Below are positions 22,881 to 35,495 of a stretch of DNA of 44,580 nucleotides, one piece after another; within the stretch, counting starts at the first letter, position 1, and each line of letters opens with the position of its first letter. The stretch is from Octopus bimaculoides (taxonomy: Eukaryota): contig NC_069005.1 of NCBI RefSeq assembly GCF_001194135.2, positions 15,031,307 to 15,075,886 on the forward strand, given 5' to 3'. The position numbers were made by a program, and so were the translations under genes. The notes under the pieces were generated by a model. It was not told the DNA's origin and did no database searches. It saw only the letters and a program-made list of their open reading frames with translations.

Positions 22881-24786
22881 ATCATTCATATCCTCTTTTC
22901 AATTAACAATTAAGAGGACATTGTACTGGAGAAGACCCAGTCCCATCCATCCAAACTAGGGAAAACAGATGTAAGATGATGATGATGGTGATTACACAAC
23001 AGAGTTTGAATTCATAATATTGTTGCAGTTAATGGTTTATTACTACTTAAAATTTACAACTACTATTCTACATTGAGAGAATAACACAACTTCTGTCCCT
23101 GTGAGACCACAAAAGAACCTTTATGTCAGTGATTCCCAACCTATTTTCCCCCAGGCCCCACTATAACTTTCCTGGAAAATATATGCCCCACCAGTGGCTG
23201 GAAAAAAACGTCTAGGCAAGTTTGCTGTGAAAAAAAGAATTTCCCAATTCCATGTCCCACAAAAAAAAACAAAAAAAAACAAGGATCCAATGTCCCACAA
23301 CAATTTTCCCAGACCTCACCAGAGGGGAGTACACTCCATGTTGGGAATCACTGCTTTACATGGTCACTCAACTACAAACCAGGGAAGGAAGAGCACAGGA
23401 TAGAAAGAAATAAAACAAGAAAGAAAAGGAAGAATACAAGAAAGGGAAGGGAAGAATACAAAGGAGGGAACACAGGTCAACAGGGGAAACGTTCTTGGAT
23501 TTCACGCGATTCCATACCATGGTAATCTTCAAGCTCTTATATGCTGTGCCAACCCCACTTCCCGCAAACTGCTCCTGATTCAAGGAAAACTCACACCAAA
23601 GACTATTTACTTAATTCTTTCTCTCTGGCCAGGACACTAAATTTTACAAACTAAGCTATTGAATATTTTGGGCTGTTTTATAATTAATATTATTAAGTGG
23701 GATTTTTTAACCATTGAATATATTTACATCATTTATTTTACATCTCTACAAACTGTGGGGGCAATATCCTAATTAGTTAGATAAAACAATAAATATATAT
23801 ATAAAGAGATAAATTTATGGTCTATTTTGAGATATAGCTATAAAATAAGCTCAATGAAGTTTTCTTTACTTGATGGAAGTTGGCAACATATCTCATTTAA
23901 TATGAAATAATATACACTATAGATAATCTGTTCAAGGTCTTTCAGAAACTAAATATTTAGTAAAACTCACAAGATATTCTTCTCTTTCTGTTGCTTTATC
24001 TAAGGCAGAATAAAAGTCATGCTTGTAGTCCTACTATACTGCACTGCTTCTTACCTTAAACCTGCTTTACTCACTTGCAAATTAGATTCATTCAAGCTTA
24101 GGCTACTCCTCTCTTCACCTTACATGCATCATATTATTATAAATTATATCAGCAGGCAGTGAGTTCACAGACTCATTGGGCAGAATGTTGGCAGTATCCA
24201 TTCTGACTTTATACATTCTGAGTTCAAACTCTGTCAAAGTCAATTTTGTCTTTCATCTCTTCAAGATCATTTAATAAAGTACCAGCCTAGTACTGCAGTA
24301 TAGACTTCTCTTTATCATTTTCTCTCTGGAAGAATCTGGCAGTGTTCAAACATGGAGAGGAATGGACCCTGCTATGTTTTAACTTTCCAGTATTCAGCTT
24401 ACTCTGTCAAATGTAATGCTTATTTATTCACATTGTTTTGAATGAATTTTTTATGGCTGGATGTCATTTTCCTGTTGCCAACTTTCACCAGTTTCCAACC
24501 AAAGTGATAGTTCTCCATGGCTAGATATGTTTTTCACGGAAGACTGGAAACAAACAAAATTGTTGGTATGACAATGATGCTCATCTACAATTGTCATGTG
24601 ATACCTAGACAAGGGTACACACAATCCTGCACACACATATATATATATTTTGTCAACAAAATCCACTCACAAGACTTTGGTTAACCAGGGCTATAGCAGA
24701 AGACACCCATGTTGTCAGACAGTAGGACTGAACCCAAACCATGTGTTGAGAAGTGAAGTTCTTAACTATACAGCCATGCTTGTGTC

Positions 24787-24827
<41 letters not shown>

Positions 24828-25023
24828 CAAAAGGTAAATGGGATTAATAAATCTAGGCAGATATCTAGAAAGCACTCAAGTGTTAAGGAAACTTGGTTAA
24901 CAATATCAAACAACCAGATACCAATAAATTCAAATAGAATTAGCATCCAGAGTAATTCCTCACGACAAGCATGACAAGTAGATTCAAATATCGCTTAGAA
25001 GAATTCCAAGAAATCCAGAGTAT

Positions 25024-26029
25024 ATGAGAACGTGAACAAGAATATATAATTATTAAAGGCGGTGAGCTAGCAGAAATGTTAGCACGCTGGGCGAAATGCT
25101 TAGTGGTATTTCGTCTGTCTTTATGTTCTGAGTTCAAATTCCGCTGAGGTTGACTTTGCCTTTCATCCTTTCGGGGTCGATAAATTAAGTACCAGTTACG
25201 CACTGGGGTCAATGTAATTGACTTAACCCCTTTGTCTGTCCTTGTTTGTCCCCTCTATGTTTAGCCCCTTGTGGGCAATAAAGAAATAAGAATATATAAC
25301 TATTGGTGCCACTCACAAGAACGGCCTGGTAGCATGTACAATGTTTTCACTAATTGCTTCTAGTACCTATGTAGTTACAGACAGACACTGACATCCTCTC
25401 TCTACCCAGGCTCATGTGCCCCCACCCAACTTTCTATCTCTAGCAATTTTAGCAAGGTCATTGTAAGCAAAGAAGCAAAAGGCCATTGTGGTACATGATT
25501 ACCAAACCTGTATAATTTTTAACAGGTAGAGAGAATTTTTGTTTATTTTATTTATTCAACCAGAACTTCAAAAAAAGTTATTGCAAGTAAAAAGAATTAA
25601 CTTTACAAAAAAAAAAAAAATTTACAAAAAACAAAAAATGGAAAAGAAAATTAATCAGCAGTTCTCCTTCCCTTCTGCCACCATCACCCCAAGAAGAATT
25701 TTATAGAAATCTTTTGGCAATCCAACATCTTTTTTAATTAGAAAACAAAATACAGGTTGAATTCATATCATTCTTCTTCCTTCTCCATGGTGTTGAAGAG
25801 GGGACAAACAAGGACAGACAAAGGGGTTAAGTCGATTACATTGACCCTAATGCGTAACTGGTACTTAATTTATTGACCTCGAAAGGATGAAAGGCAAAGT
25901 CAACCTCGGCGGAATTTGAACTCAGAACATAAAGACAGACGAAATACCACTAAGCATTTCGCCCAGCGTGCTAACGTTTCTGCTAGCTCACCGCCTTTAA
26001 TAATTATATATTCTTGTTCACGTTCTCAT
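25024..26029. repeat. Inverted duplication with 233-bp arms (25024-25256 and 25797-26029), each a family A SINE plus its 5' flank
   Basis: About 7 differences between arms by eye; both arms include the non-SINE flank atgagaacgtgaacaagaatatataattatt. Confidence 0.9.
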
Positions 26030-28286
26030 GGGTTCAGTCCCACAATGTGACACTTTAAGCAGATGTCTTGTACTATGTCTGTCCAAAGTCGAGTGAGTGG
26101 ATTAGGTAGACAGAAACTGAAAGAAGCCCATTTTGTATGTATATGTGTACACATATACACACACACACACGCGCATACATGCATATGAATGAAGATAGCT
26201 GTATAAAGAAGTGTTGATTGCTTAAAGTGGATGACACGTGTGGAAGAGGGAGTCCCAGGAAGACATGGGATGAAGAAGTGAGGAGCAATCTCAGGATGTT
26301 TGGACAAACACAGATAACTGGTATTTGTTTGCTTATGTCCCTAGTAAAAAGTGATCTATAGAATAAGTACCAGACTTTAAAAAAATAAGTCCTGGGGTTG
26401 ATTTTGTTCAACTAAATCCTTTAAGGAATTGCCCAAGCATAACCGCAGTCCAATTACTGATTCAAGCAGCAAAAGATGACCCTCTTAACTGGCACAGTCA
26501 ATGAAACAGCCTGCTCATGAAATTAAATTGCAAGTGGCTGAGTACTCCACAGATACACGTACCCTTAACGTAGTTCTCAGGGAGATTCAGCATGACACAG
26601 CTGGCCCCTTGAAATACATGTACTACTCATTTTTGCCAGCTGAGTGGACTGGAGCAATGTGAAATAAATGGCCTTACTCAAGGACACACTGCACCACCAG
26701 AAATCACACTCGTGACTTTATGATCATAAGCTGAATGCTCTAACTAAAAAGCCATGTGCCTTCACAAACCCTCTTTATTAAACACAAAAATTAGTCTGCT
26801 TCCCCCATCCTACCATTTCCAATCCTCACAGCCACCACCGTGTGGGTCAGACAGAATTTGGTGAGGCAGAGTTTCTATGGCTGGATGCCCTTCTAGTTGC
26901 CAACCCTCACCTGTTTCTCATGGAAGACTGGAAACAAACCCTATTTGTGTGATGATGATGTTCATTTACAACCATCACATGATGTATACACACACACATA
27001 AACAAAACGGGCTTCTTTCAGTTTCCGTCTACCAAATCCACTTACAAGGCATTGATCAACCTTGAGCTATAATAGAAGACACTTGCCCAAGATGCCATGC
27101 AGTGGGATTGAATCCAAGATGACAAGATTGGGAAGCAAGTTTCTTAACGACACAACCAGACCTGCATAATTTCATTATCCATGAGAAGATAAACTGTGAA
27201 CTAGAGTTTACTGAAAACTTCTAAAACAAAAAATAAAATCTTTAGAAGCACTGACTTGGAGGTTATTTAAGAGAAGGAAAGCTCTTTCACATTCTCCCGA
27301 TTTCATACCTGTGTTTGTAACAAGACAACAACAACTACTTCAACATCCGCAATGTTCTGATAAGAAGTAGCTGTCGATGTGTAAATAAGATAAATAACAA
27401 AAACAATGACGTAAAAGAGACAACTGCCTATATATACATACATACATATGCACACAGAGAAAGAGAGAGAGGAGGGAGATGCTTTCAAAAATGGGAGGGA
27501 TGATGGTGGTGGTGGGAGAAAGTGGTAATGAAAAATCTTATACGTTTTTCATATGCCAAAATCTTGTTTATTCAAATAATCACTAAGTTTACACCCCAAA
27601 ATGATACTGAAAGCAAAAACACCTCAAAATGCAATGAGAAAAGATAGAGTGTGTATACACACACATACAAACACGTATACAGCCGTGTTACTTATTTCTT
27701 CTACATAAAGTATCACAAGAATGGACGAGCAGTGTTTCCTTGAGCTAAATTGTACTGAACATATAACATTAAATGAGACAACTGTAATAATGTTTATATC
27801 TATAAACTCTTATGGTTCTGTAATTTCATAATGGATATACAGAGTGTGACCAGCATTTCATATACATATCCAACAGTCACACTCACATTTTACATACACA
27901 TGCACATATATAATGTAAGAGTTGTAAAGCTTATAAAAATATTTCTTATATTGTGCCAACATTATTTTAAATACAACTCGATACATTAGTTATGTAGTTA
28001 AATTGCTTTAGAAACTCTGTACAATGCAAGTTGCAAATAACTGAGTAATAAACAGAAATAAACAGTTTATATCTTCACATCAACACCAGAAAAAACATGA
28101 ACATATTTAAAATTCACTACAACCAAAAATATATACACTTAAAAATGTACTATTTTACAAGTGGCTAGTTTATAGGTTTACAGAGATAATCCTGTTTTAA
28201 TCCTTTTGATCATGTTTACAAGTTTCAAAATCTATTTCTGCAGTAGGAGAAAATTCAAGGAGAAAACCCCTAAGAATTGAACTGAC

Positions 28287-28503
28287 AGAGAAGATTCAAA
28301 CTTTGGCACAAAGCCAGCAATTCTGAAGGAGGGGTAAGTTGATTACATTAACTTCAGTGCTCATCTGGTACTATTTTGTTGAACCCGAAGGGATGAAAAG
28401 CAAAGTCAACCTCAGCGGAATTTGAACTCTGAGCATGAAGACGAACAAAATGCGATTAAGCATTTTTCCTGATGTGCTGATAATTCTGCCAGCTCACCAC
28501 CTT
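28287..28503 (-). mobile_element. SINE family A copy
   Basis: Reverse-complement match to family A. Confidence 0.8.
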
Positions 28504-29509
28504 ACATAGGAGTCTAATACCAAAAAGAAACAAAGAACTTACAAGCTACATGGGAAACATGCCTTAATTCATAAAGGCTGAACGAATTGGCATAATATAA
28601 TATAGTAAAGTATGTGTTTTATTCTTAGTTTGATGTGATGGCCAGATGGTTATGTGAACTTTGATAAGAACTGCATTTTAGATTGCAGTCATTTCATTAC
28701 TTTGGGCCACATTGCATAGAATTCTAGATATAACCCAACACACCTCAACCATAAGTCTTTATAGGTTTGAAGCACATGAATATGTTTTGCTATAAAAAAG
28801 TTTATTATCCTAAAACCAAGGTGCCACACAAAAAGCATTGATGTGGGTGCTGGTGCCATATAAAAAGCAATGGAGACAGTGTCACATAAAAAGCACCCAG
28901 TACACTATGTAAAGTGGTTGGCATTAGGAAGGGTATCCAGCTGTAGAAACCAAGCCAAAAACAGACCATGCAATCTAGTTCCTATCAAGCCATCCAACAC
29001 ATGCCAGCATGGCAAACAGATGTTAAATGTTGATGACGATGATGATATATCTATCTATCTATATATCTATATAGATACTTTTACATGCTTGCAGGAATTG
29101 GATGGAATTTATTGACACATTTTCCGCAGCCAAATGCCCTTCCAGTTGCCAGCCCTCACTTGTTTCTAATCATCATCATCGTTTAACGTCCGCTTTCCAT
29201 GCTAGCATGGGTTGGACGATTTGACTGAGGACTGGTGAAACCGGATGGCAATTCCTCTTTACCAGCATTTTCACAGAATATTGGAAATTGATGACTCTGC
29301 TTGTATGGCAATGACACATTTACATCAAGCACATGTTAAAACATAGAGACACAAACATACATAGAGACATTCCCCCCCCCCCCACACACATAGATATATA
29401 GACAGATAGATGAATAGAGAGACAAATAAATACCACAAGCTTCTTTCAACTCTCATCTACCAAATCCACTTACAACGCTTTAGGTGGCCCAGGACTATAG
29501 AAGACAATT

Positions 29510-29945
29510 GCTATACAGTGGAAAAGAGATCCCTATTTCAACAGTGGAAAAGAGGTCCCTATTTCATGATGATTCATACTGGATATCAAAATGCCAACTT
29601 CATCACTGTTGTTTATTGCTTTGAGAATGCTGTAAAGACTGTAAGACGTGACATGGACAGAAACTATGAAGCCATGGTCAGCAGGTGTTATGACTGTGTT
29701 TGCATGCCAGAATTCATCCAACAACTGATAAACAGGGCCTTAGGCTCAATTCAGACAGCTATGTGAAACTGCTGGAGATTATGGTCAATCTCTGATGGGA
29801 GAGAGTTGCTCCTGGAAGGCCATACGTGAGGTAACAGGATTTGGCTCCTTGCCAGACCTCTAGAAAGAGGGGTTGTTGGAAAATTTCTATGACCTCACCA
29901 ACCCCTTTGGAAACTACTTTGGAAAAACTTATCTCCCAGCCATAG
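29510..29945 (+). mobile_element. Internally deleted maT/DD37D-like derivative
   Basis: 5' part ends ccagaattcatccaacaa (PEFIQQ, as in the 39626-40888 element) and is joined directly to QGLRLNSDSYVKLLE..., GRPY, QDLAPC and ENFYDLT remnants of the catalytic region. Confidence 0.65.
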
Positions 29946-30444
29946 TCAAGTTGATATTTTTTGATTTTTTTAAAAATGTTCTTATTTTGGAATGGGATAT
30001 TATATTTTATTTTATTTTTATAAAAACTGTCAAATTTACCCTGAATGTCCTGTATAATACATGCAGTTATAGATTCTTGAGGTATCATTATAGATCAAAT
30101 ATTGATGAAACAATTGTAAATTTTGAAATAAAACGACTTGCTCACTCCATTCTCCCTGTAAATGATTATATAAACTCTATGGATATTTATGGATTTTCAT
30201 AAATACGATCTGTAAAGCAATCAATCTCTGATTTAAAGTTATATCTGATAGCCTGTACCTTTGATGAACTTAACAGAGTAAGCTGCAGGGTCAACATCTG
30301 AATGAAATTGATGTGTGTGTGCATCTATGATTGATCAAATGATGGGGACATCCAAGCAGAACACAAAGTTTGAAAACTGATTAACGTTGTCCATCATTTA
30401 CCCCAGTCTATGGAGTAGTAGTTAAAATTTGCTGTGTTGTATTT

Positions 30445-30596
30445 CTACCATGTAGCTGTGTGGTAATTGGCTTGCTTCCCAACCACATTGTTCCAAGTTC
30501 AGTCACCCTGTGGGGCATCTTGGACAAGTGTCTTTGACTATAACCAACTAAAACCTTGAGTGGATTTGGTAGATGGAAACTGAAAGAAGCCCATTG

Positions 30597-30632
<36 letters not shown>

Positions 30633-30795
30633 TGGTAATGCGTCTGTTCCTACCACTGCTTGACAACCAAAAGATACTGATAGAATAAGTATGTGACTTA
30701 ACAAAAAATAAGTACAAGAGTCAATTCATTCGACTAACAAATTGCTGAAGGCAGTGCCCCAGCATGGCTGCAGTCTTAAGACTAAAATAAGTATT
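30445..30795 (+). mobile_element. SINE family B copy
   Basis: Head, (TG)n core and tail all present. Confidence 0.8.
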
Positions 30796-31016
30796 AAAAA
30801 AAAAAAGAGATCTATATCTAATCTTTATTTTGTACAACAAAATAAAGATTAATACCAAATCCATTTTCTGATTACTTAATCAGTTATCATTATCTCAGTG
30901 CAGAGTTCCTGAAGTAGATCCAACAGAAATATGTCCTGACTGCAGATGACGCCAGTGCTCTACTCAACATTTAAACACACTAATCAACATATATACCCAT
31001 TAGTCTAAAATATCAA

Positions 31017-31053
<37 letters not shown>

Positions 31054-31435
31054 AGTTTCAATTTTCAATAGCAATGCCCTAGCATAGCCACAGCTCTCGA
31101 GCAGAAACTGATAAAGAAAAAATATACAAACACAAACGTACACATTACATACACACAAACATGTATATATTTACTATTAATAAAATGTGATATCCTGAAT
31201 ATTTAATCTTATCAGTGACTTAGTATATTTGTATTGAATATTTTTTCCCCTAAACGCTTCCTGCTTGAGATCAATTTATTATGGCTTCCCCTCCTCTCCC
31301 CATTGTTTCTGTTACATCATCTTTTTACAGAGGATATGTTTCATCTTCAAGGTTTTTATTCACAGTCACCTGATGCACTGTACGTGTGTATGTGTGTGTG
31401 TGTTTTATACACAGAGACATCTTATACATAACTTG

Positions 31436-32280
31436 GACTAGTGTCTTCTACTATAGCCTCAGTCTGACCAAAGCCTTGTGAGTGGATTTGGTAGACAGAA
31501 ACTGTAGAAGCCTTTAAGGCGGCGAGCTGGCAGAAACGTTAGAGCGCAGGGTGAAATACTTAACAGTATTTCATCTGCCGTCACATTCTGAGTTCAAATT
31601 ACGCCGAGGTCGACTTCGCCTTTCATCCTTTCGGGGTCAATAAATTAAGTACCAGTTACGCACTGTAGTCGATGAAATCGACTTAATTCGTTTGTCTGTC
31701 CTTGTTTGTCCCTTCTATGTTTAGCCCCCTGGGGGCAATAAAGAAATAGGAAACTGAAGAAGCCTCTGTGTGTGTGTGTGTGTGTGTACACACACACACA
31801 TATATATATACACATATATATATATATATAATGTGAGAACACATGGCCTAGTGGTTAGGGTGTTGCACTCATAATTGTGAGATTGTGGTTTCAATTCCTA
31901 GACAGGGTAGTGTGTTGTGTTCTTGAGCAAAACATTTCATCTCACGTTGTTCTGCGATCACTTCGACACCTGGCGTGTGGTTCACTCATGCACCTGTTCA
32001 GGGAATGATGATCCGCTCATATGTCATCTTCAACAGGAGAGTCCATCATGTGTGTGTTTGTGTGTGTGTATGCGTGCGCACGTCAGTTTGTCCCTCACAA
32101 CTGCTTGATAACCAGTGTTGGTGTGTTTATGTCCCCATAACTTAGTGGTTCAGCAAAAGACCAATAGAATAAGTACCAGGCTTTAAAAAATGTACTGGGC
32201 TCAATTCATTCAACTAAAAATTCTTCAAGGTGGTGCCCCAGCATGGCTGCAGTCTAATGACTGAAACAAGTAAATGATCA
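31436..32280 (+). mobile_element. Nested SINEs: family B interrupted by family A (31518-31749) and family C (about 31841-32025)
   Basis: The family A copy is flanked by a 16-bp TSD with one mismatch, gaaactgtagaagcct (31498-31513) and gaaactgaagaagcct (31750-31765), derived from family B sequence. Confidence 0.85.
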
Positions 32281-33159
32281 ATTTTATCATGTGACAAACC
32301 AGTAAAAAAAATAAAAGGTAGGTGCGTGCGTGCGTGCGTGCGTGCGTACATTCAATTATTAAATGTTCATTTCCCATGCAAGCATGGATTGGACAGGGAT
32401 GTATGGCCTGGATGCTTTTCCTGCGGCACAAACCTTACTTCATTTTCAAGGAAAGGGTTTTTAATATTTCACAGGTCATCAGCAAATTTCTTGAGACCAG
32501 AATGTAAATATTCACTTTTTTGCTCAAAGAAAGCTGAAGCATATCGCCATTCACACACATGTATGATAAACGCCCTACAGCTTTCCTCTACCAAATTCAC
32601 TCACAAGATATATACATATAACACACACACACACATTGTTTGAATGTGTGTGATAGCTATCCCAATAGTTCATATCCTATCACAGGAACATTGTTGTGTC
32701 CATAGACAGACAAGATGCTGAACTTCCAATCACTTAAGTAGATATAACAGAGTTATGTTAGTATACTGCTGTAAGCAGTAGCAGCATTGTAACGCATGTT
32801 ATGAGTCATAACTAATTCCTCTTGAGATGGAGCAACACTAACTCTGCTAATCTATTATCTCGTTAAACATCCAGGAAGCCTGCAAGCCAATCATAATAAA
32901 ACCAGTCACACGAGGCACAGGTGTGGCGGTGTGACTAAGAAGTTTGCTTCCCAACCACATGGTTTCAGGTTCTGTCCCACTGTGTTGCACTTTGTCCAAA
33001 CTGGGGCCTTGTTAGTGGATTTGGTAGATGAAAACTGAAAGCCCCACCACCACTAGACAATCCAAACCAACAGACAGAAACACATACCTCACCAAGTCAA
33101 CTACGACAACTCTTCCTCAAAAACTAATTATTACAAGTATATGGCAAAAAATGCATGAG

Positions 33160-33657
33160 GGGCTGAGGTGGTGAGGCAAGACCTTCGTACATTGGGCCTC
33201 ACCGATGCGATGACTACTGACCGAGACCTTTGGAAATGTGCTGTGCGTGAGAAGACCCGGCAAGCCAAGTAAGATCGTTGCCAGTGCCCCTGGACTGGTT
33301 CTTGTGCGGGTGGCACATGAGATGCACCATTTTGAGCGTGGCCGTTGCCAGTACCGCCTGACTGGCTCCTGTAGGATTTTCGAGCGAGATCGTTGCCAGT
33401 GCCCCTGGACTGGCTTGTGCGGGTGGCACATAAAAGACACCATTTCGAGCGTGGCCGTTTTCGTGCGGGTGACACGTAAAAGCACCCACTACACTCTCTG
33501 AGTGGTTGGCGTTAGGAAGGGCATCCAGCTGTAGAAACTCTTCCAAATCAGACTGGAGCCTGGTGTTGCCATCTGGTTTCACCAGTCCTCAGTCAAATCG
33601 TCCAACCCATGCTAGCATGGAAAGCGGACGTTGAACGATGATGATGATGATGATGAT
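33160..33657 (+). mobile_element. 5'-truncated RTE LINE 3' end (ORF end, modular 3' UTR, (GAT)n tail)
   Basis: EVVRQDLRTLGLTDAMTTDRDLWKCAVREKTRQAK then TAA (33270-33272); internally duplicated UTR modules; ends ...ggacgttgaac(gat)n; many CpGs retained. Confidence 0.85.
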
Positions 33658-33879
33658 CTCTCATGGAGGACAGGTTAAAAAGCATGAGTGTCCCTCATGG
33701 AGGACAGGTTAAAAAGCATGGGTATCTCTCATGGAGGACAGGTTAAAAAGCATGAGTATCTCTCATGGAGGACAGGTTAAAATGCATGAGTGTCCCTCAT
33801 GGAGGACAGGTTAAAAAGCATGGGTACCTCTCATGGAGGACAGGTTAAAAAGCATGAGTGTCCCTCATGCTTTTAAACC
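33658..33879 (+). repeat. 34-bp minisatellite, six units, ending in a fold-back
   Basis: tcatggaggacaggttaaaaagcatg recurs at 33661, 33695, 33729, 33763, 33797 and 33831; the array ends ctcatgcttttaaacc, which is inverted relative to the unit. Confidence 0.95.
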
Positions 33880-33934
33880 CATATCTACACAAACTTCAAG
33901 CATGTCCTAGAAACATGCACAATGTCCTTAACCA

Positions 33935-34082
33935 CACACTGCTATGTGGTTAAGAAGTTTATTTTGCAACCACGTATTTCTGGTTCAACCCCCTGACATG
34001 GCACCTTGGGCAAAAGTCGTCTACTATAGCCTCTTGTCAACCAATGCCATATGAGGAATTTGGTAGACAAAAACTGTGCAGA

Positions 34083-34113
<31 letters not shown>

Positions 34114-34114
34114 C

Positions 34115-34150
<36 letters not shown>

Positions 34151-34345
34151 CATGCTTGTCTCCCTCTTCACCACTTGATAATTTGTGTTGGTTTGTTTGT
34201 GTTCCTGTAACTTAGTGTTTCAGTAATAGAGACTGATAGAATAAGTACCAAACTTAAAAATAGGTACTGGAGTAGATCTGCTTGGCTGAAACCCTTCATG
34301 GTGGTGCCCCAGCATGGTGGTAATCCAATGACTGAAACAACTAAT
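33935..34345 (+). mobile_element. SINE family B copy with (TG)n(TC)n core
   Basis: Head, compound microsatellite core and tail all present. Confidence 0.78.
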
Positions 34346-34745
34346 AAAAGGAAAAAAAAACTTCATGCACAGATGACATTGCATTTATCCTCCCTTCCAC
34401 ACAATTACTCCCAAACATCCATCAAATGCACAAAAACAAGACTCGGAAACAAGGTAAACACCTACCAAATCCATCGTCTGCTGCCTGCAATAACAGGTTA
34501 ACCAGTGGCAAATGCAGAACAAACTGTCACATCTTCTCCAGTAATTACAGTTCAGTTTAAAATCAATGTTGCTATCATTAAGAATGTTTTGAATATAAAG
34601 TTGAGAAGAGCAGAGACATTGACTGCACTTTGATCTTAAGCAAAACCACTGAAAGTAACAGACACCACCACCAACAACAACAACCTGACACAACAAACAT
34701 ATCACACATTAATGACATAGTAAAGGAAAAAAGCAAAATAACGCA

Positions 34746-34894
34746 CGGGAGTGGCTGTGTGGTAAGTAGCTTGCTTACCAACCACATGGTTCCATGTTTA
34801 GTCCCACTGCGTGGCACCTTGTGCAAGTGTCTTCTGCTATTGCTTCTGGCCAACCAAAGCCTTGTGAGTGAATCTGAAACTGAAAAAAGTCTGT

Positions 34895-34927
<33 letters not shown>

Positions 34928-35130
34928 GCATGTGTGTCTATGTTTGTCCCTCAACATCACTTGACAACCGATGCTGGTGTGTTTACGTTCCCGTAACTTA
35001 GTGGTTCAGCAAAAGAGACTGATAGAATAAGTACTAGGCTTACAAAAAATAAGTCCTGGGGTCAGTTTGCTCGACTAAAGGTGGTGCTCCAGCATGGCCA
35101 CAGTCAAATGGCTGAAACAAGTAAAAGAGT
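34746..35130 (+). mobile_element. Well-preserved SINE family B copy
   Basis: A-box-like TGGCTGTGTGG, B-box-like gtttagtccc, (TA)n core, and tail ggtggtgctccagcatggccacagtc...aaacaagtaaaagag. Confidence 0.85.
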
Positions 35131-35462
35131 AAACTTACTTAAAGCATCTGGCCAAGAGAAACAAACAACTCTGATATACAAACAACTCTAAGATCCATCA
35201 TGGATTACGTCAGTTTTGTCTCAGTTCACCACCACTCAATCTTTCCACATGTTACAGTAGGATACAAAACCCAACAAACTCTACAACAATTTAGTTTACA
35301 GTCCATACCCATAGGCCATCTATATTACAAAACTAAAGTACTAAAAGTGAAAGACTACTTTGAAATGCAAAGCACACTGCTCGTCGCTGAAGCGAACTCC
35401 AATCATCCTAGGCTTTGCCAAAACATAAAGAAAAAAAAAATCACCTCCAAACACCCAGACAT

Positions 35463-35495
<33 letters not shown>

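Noticed and set aside
23310-23600. Possible CR1/L2 LINE 3' remnant
   Set aside because: Only a vague WN-containing similarity; cannot be supported by eye.
30275-30298. Possible 23-nt minus-strand micro-exon
   Set aside because: On re-reading, the donor is GTTAAG rather than GTAAGT; too weak to support.
33658-33879. 34-bp repeats as a possible CRISPR array
   Set aside because: The units are contiguous with no unique spacers, there are no cas genes, and the context is eukaryotic.
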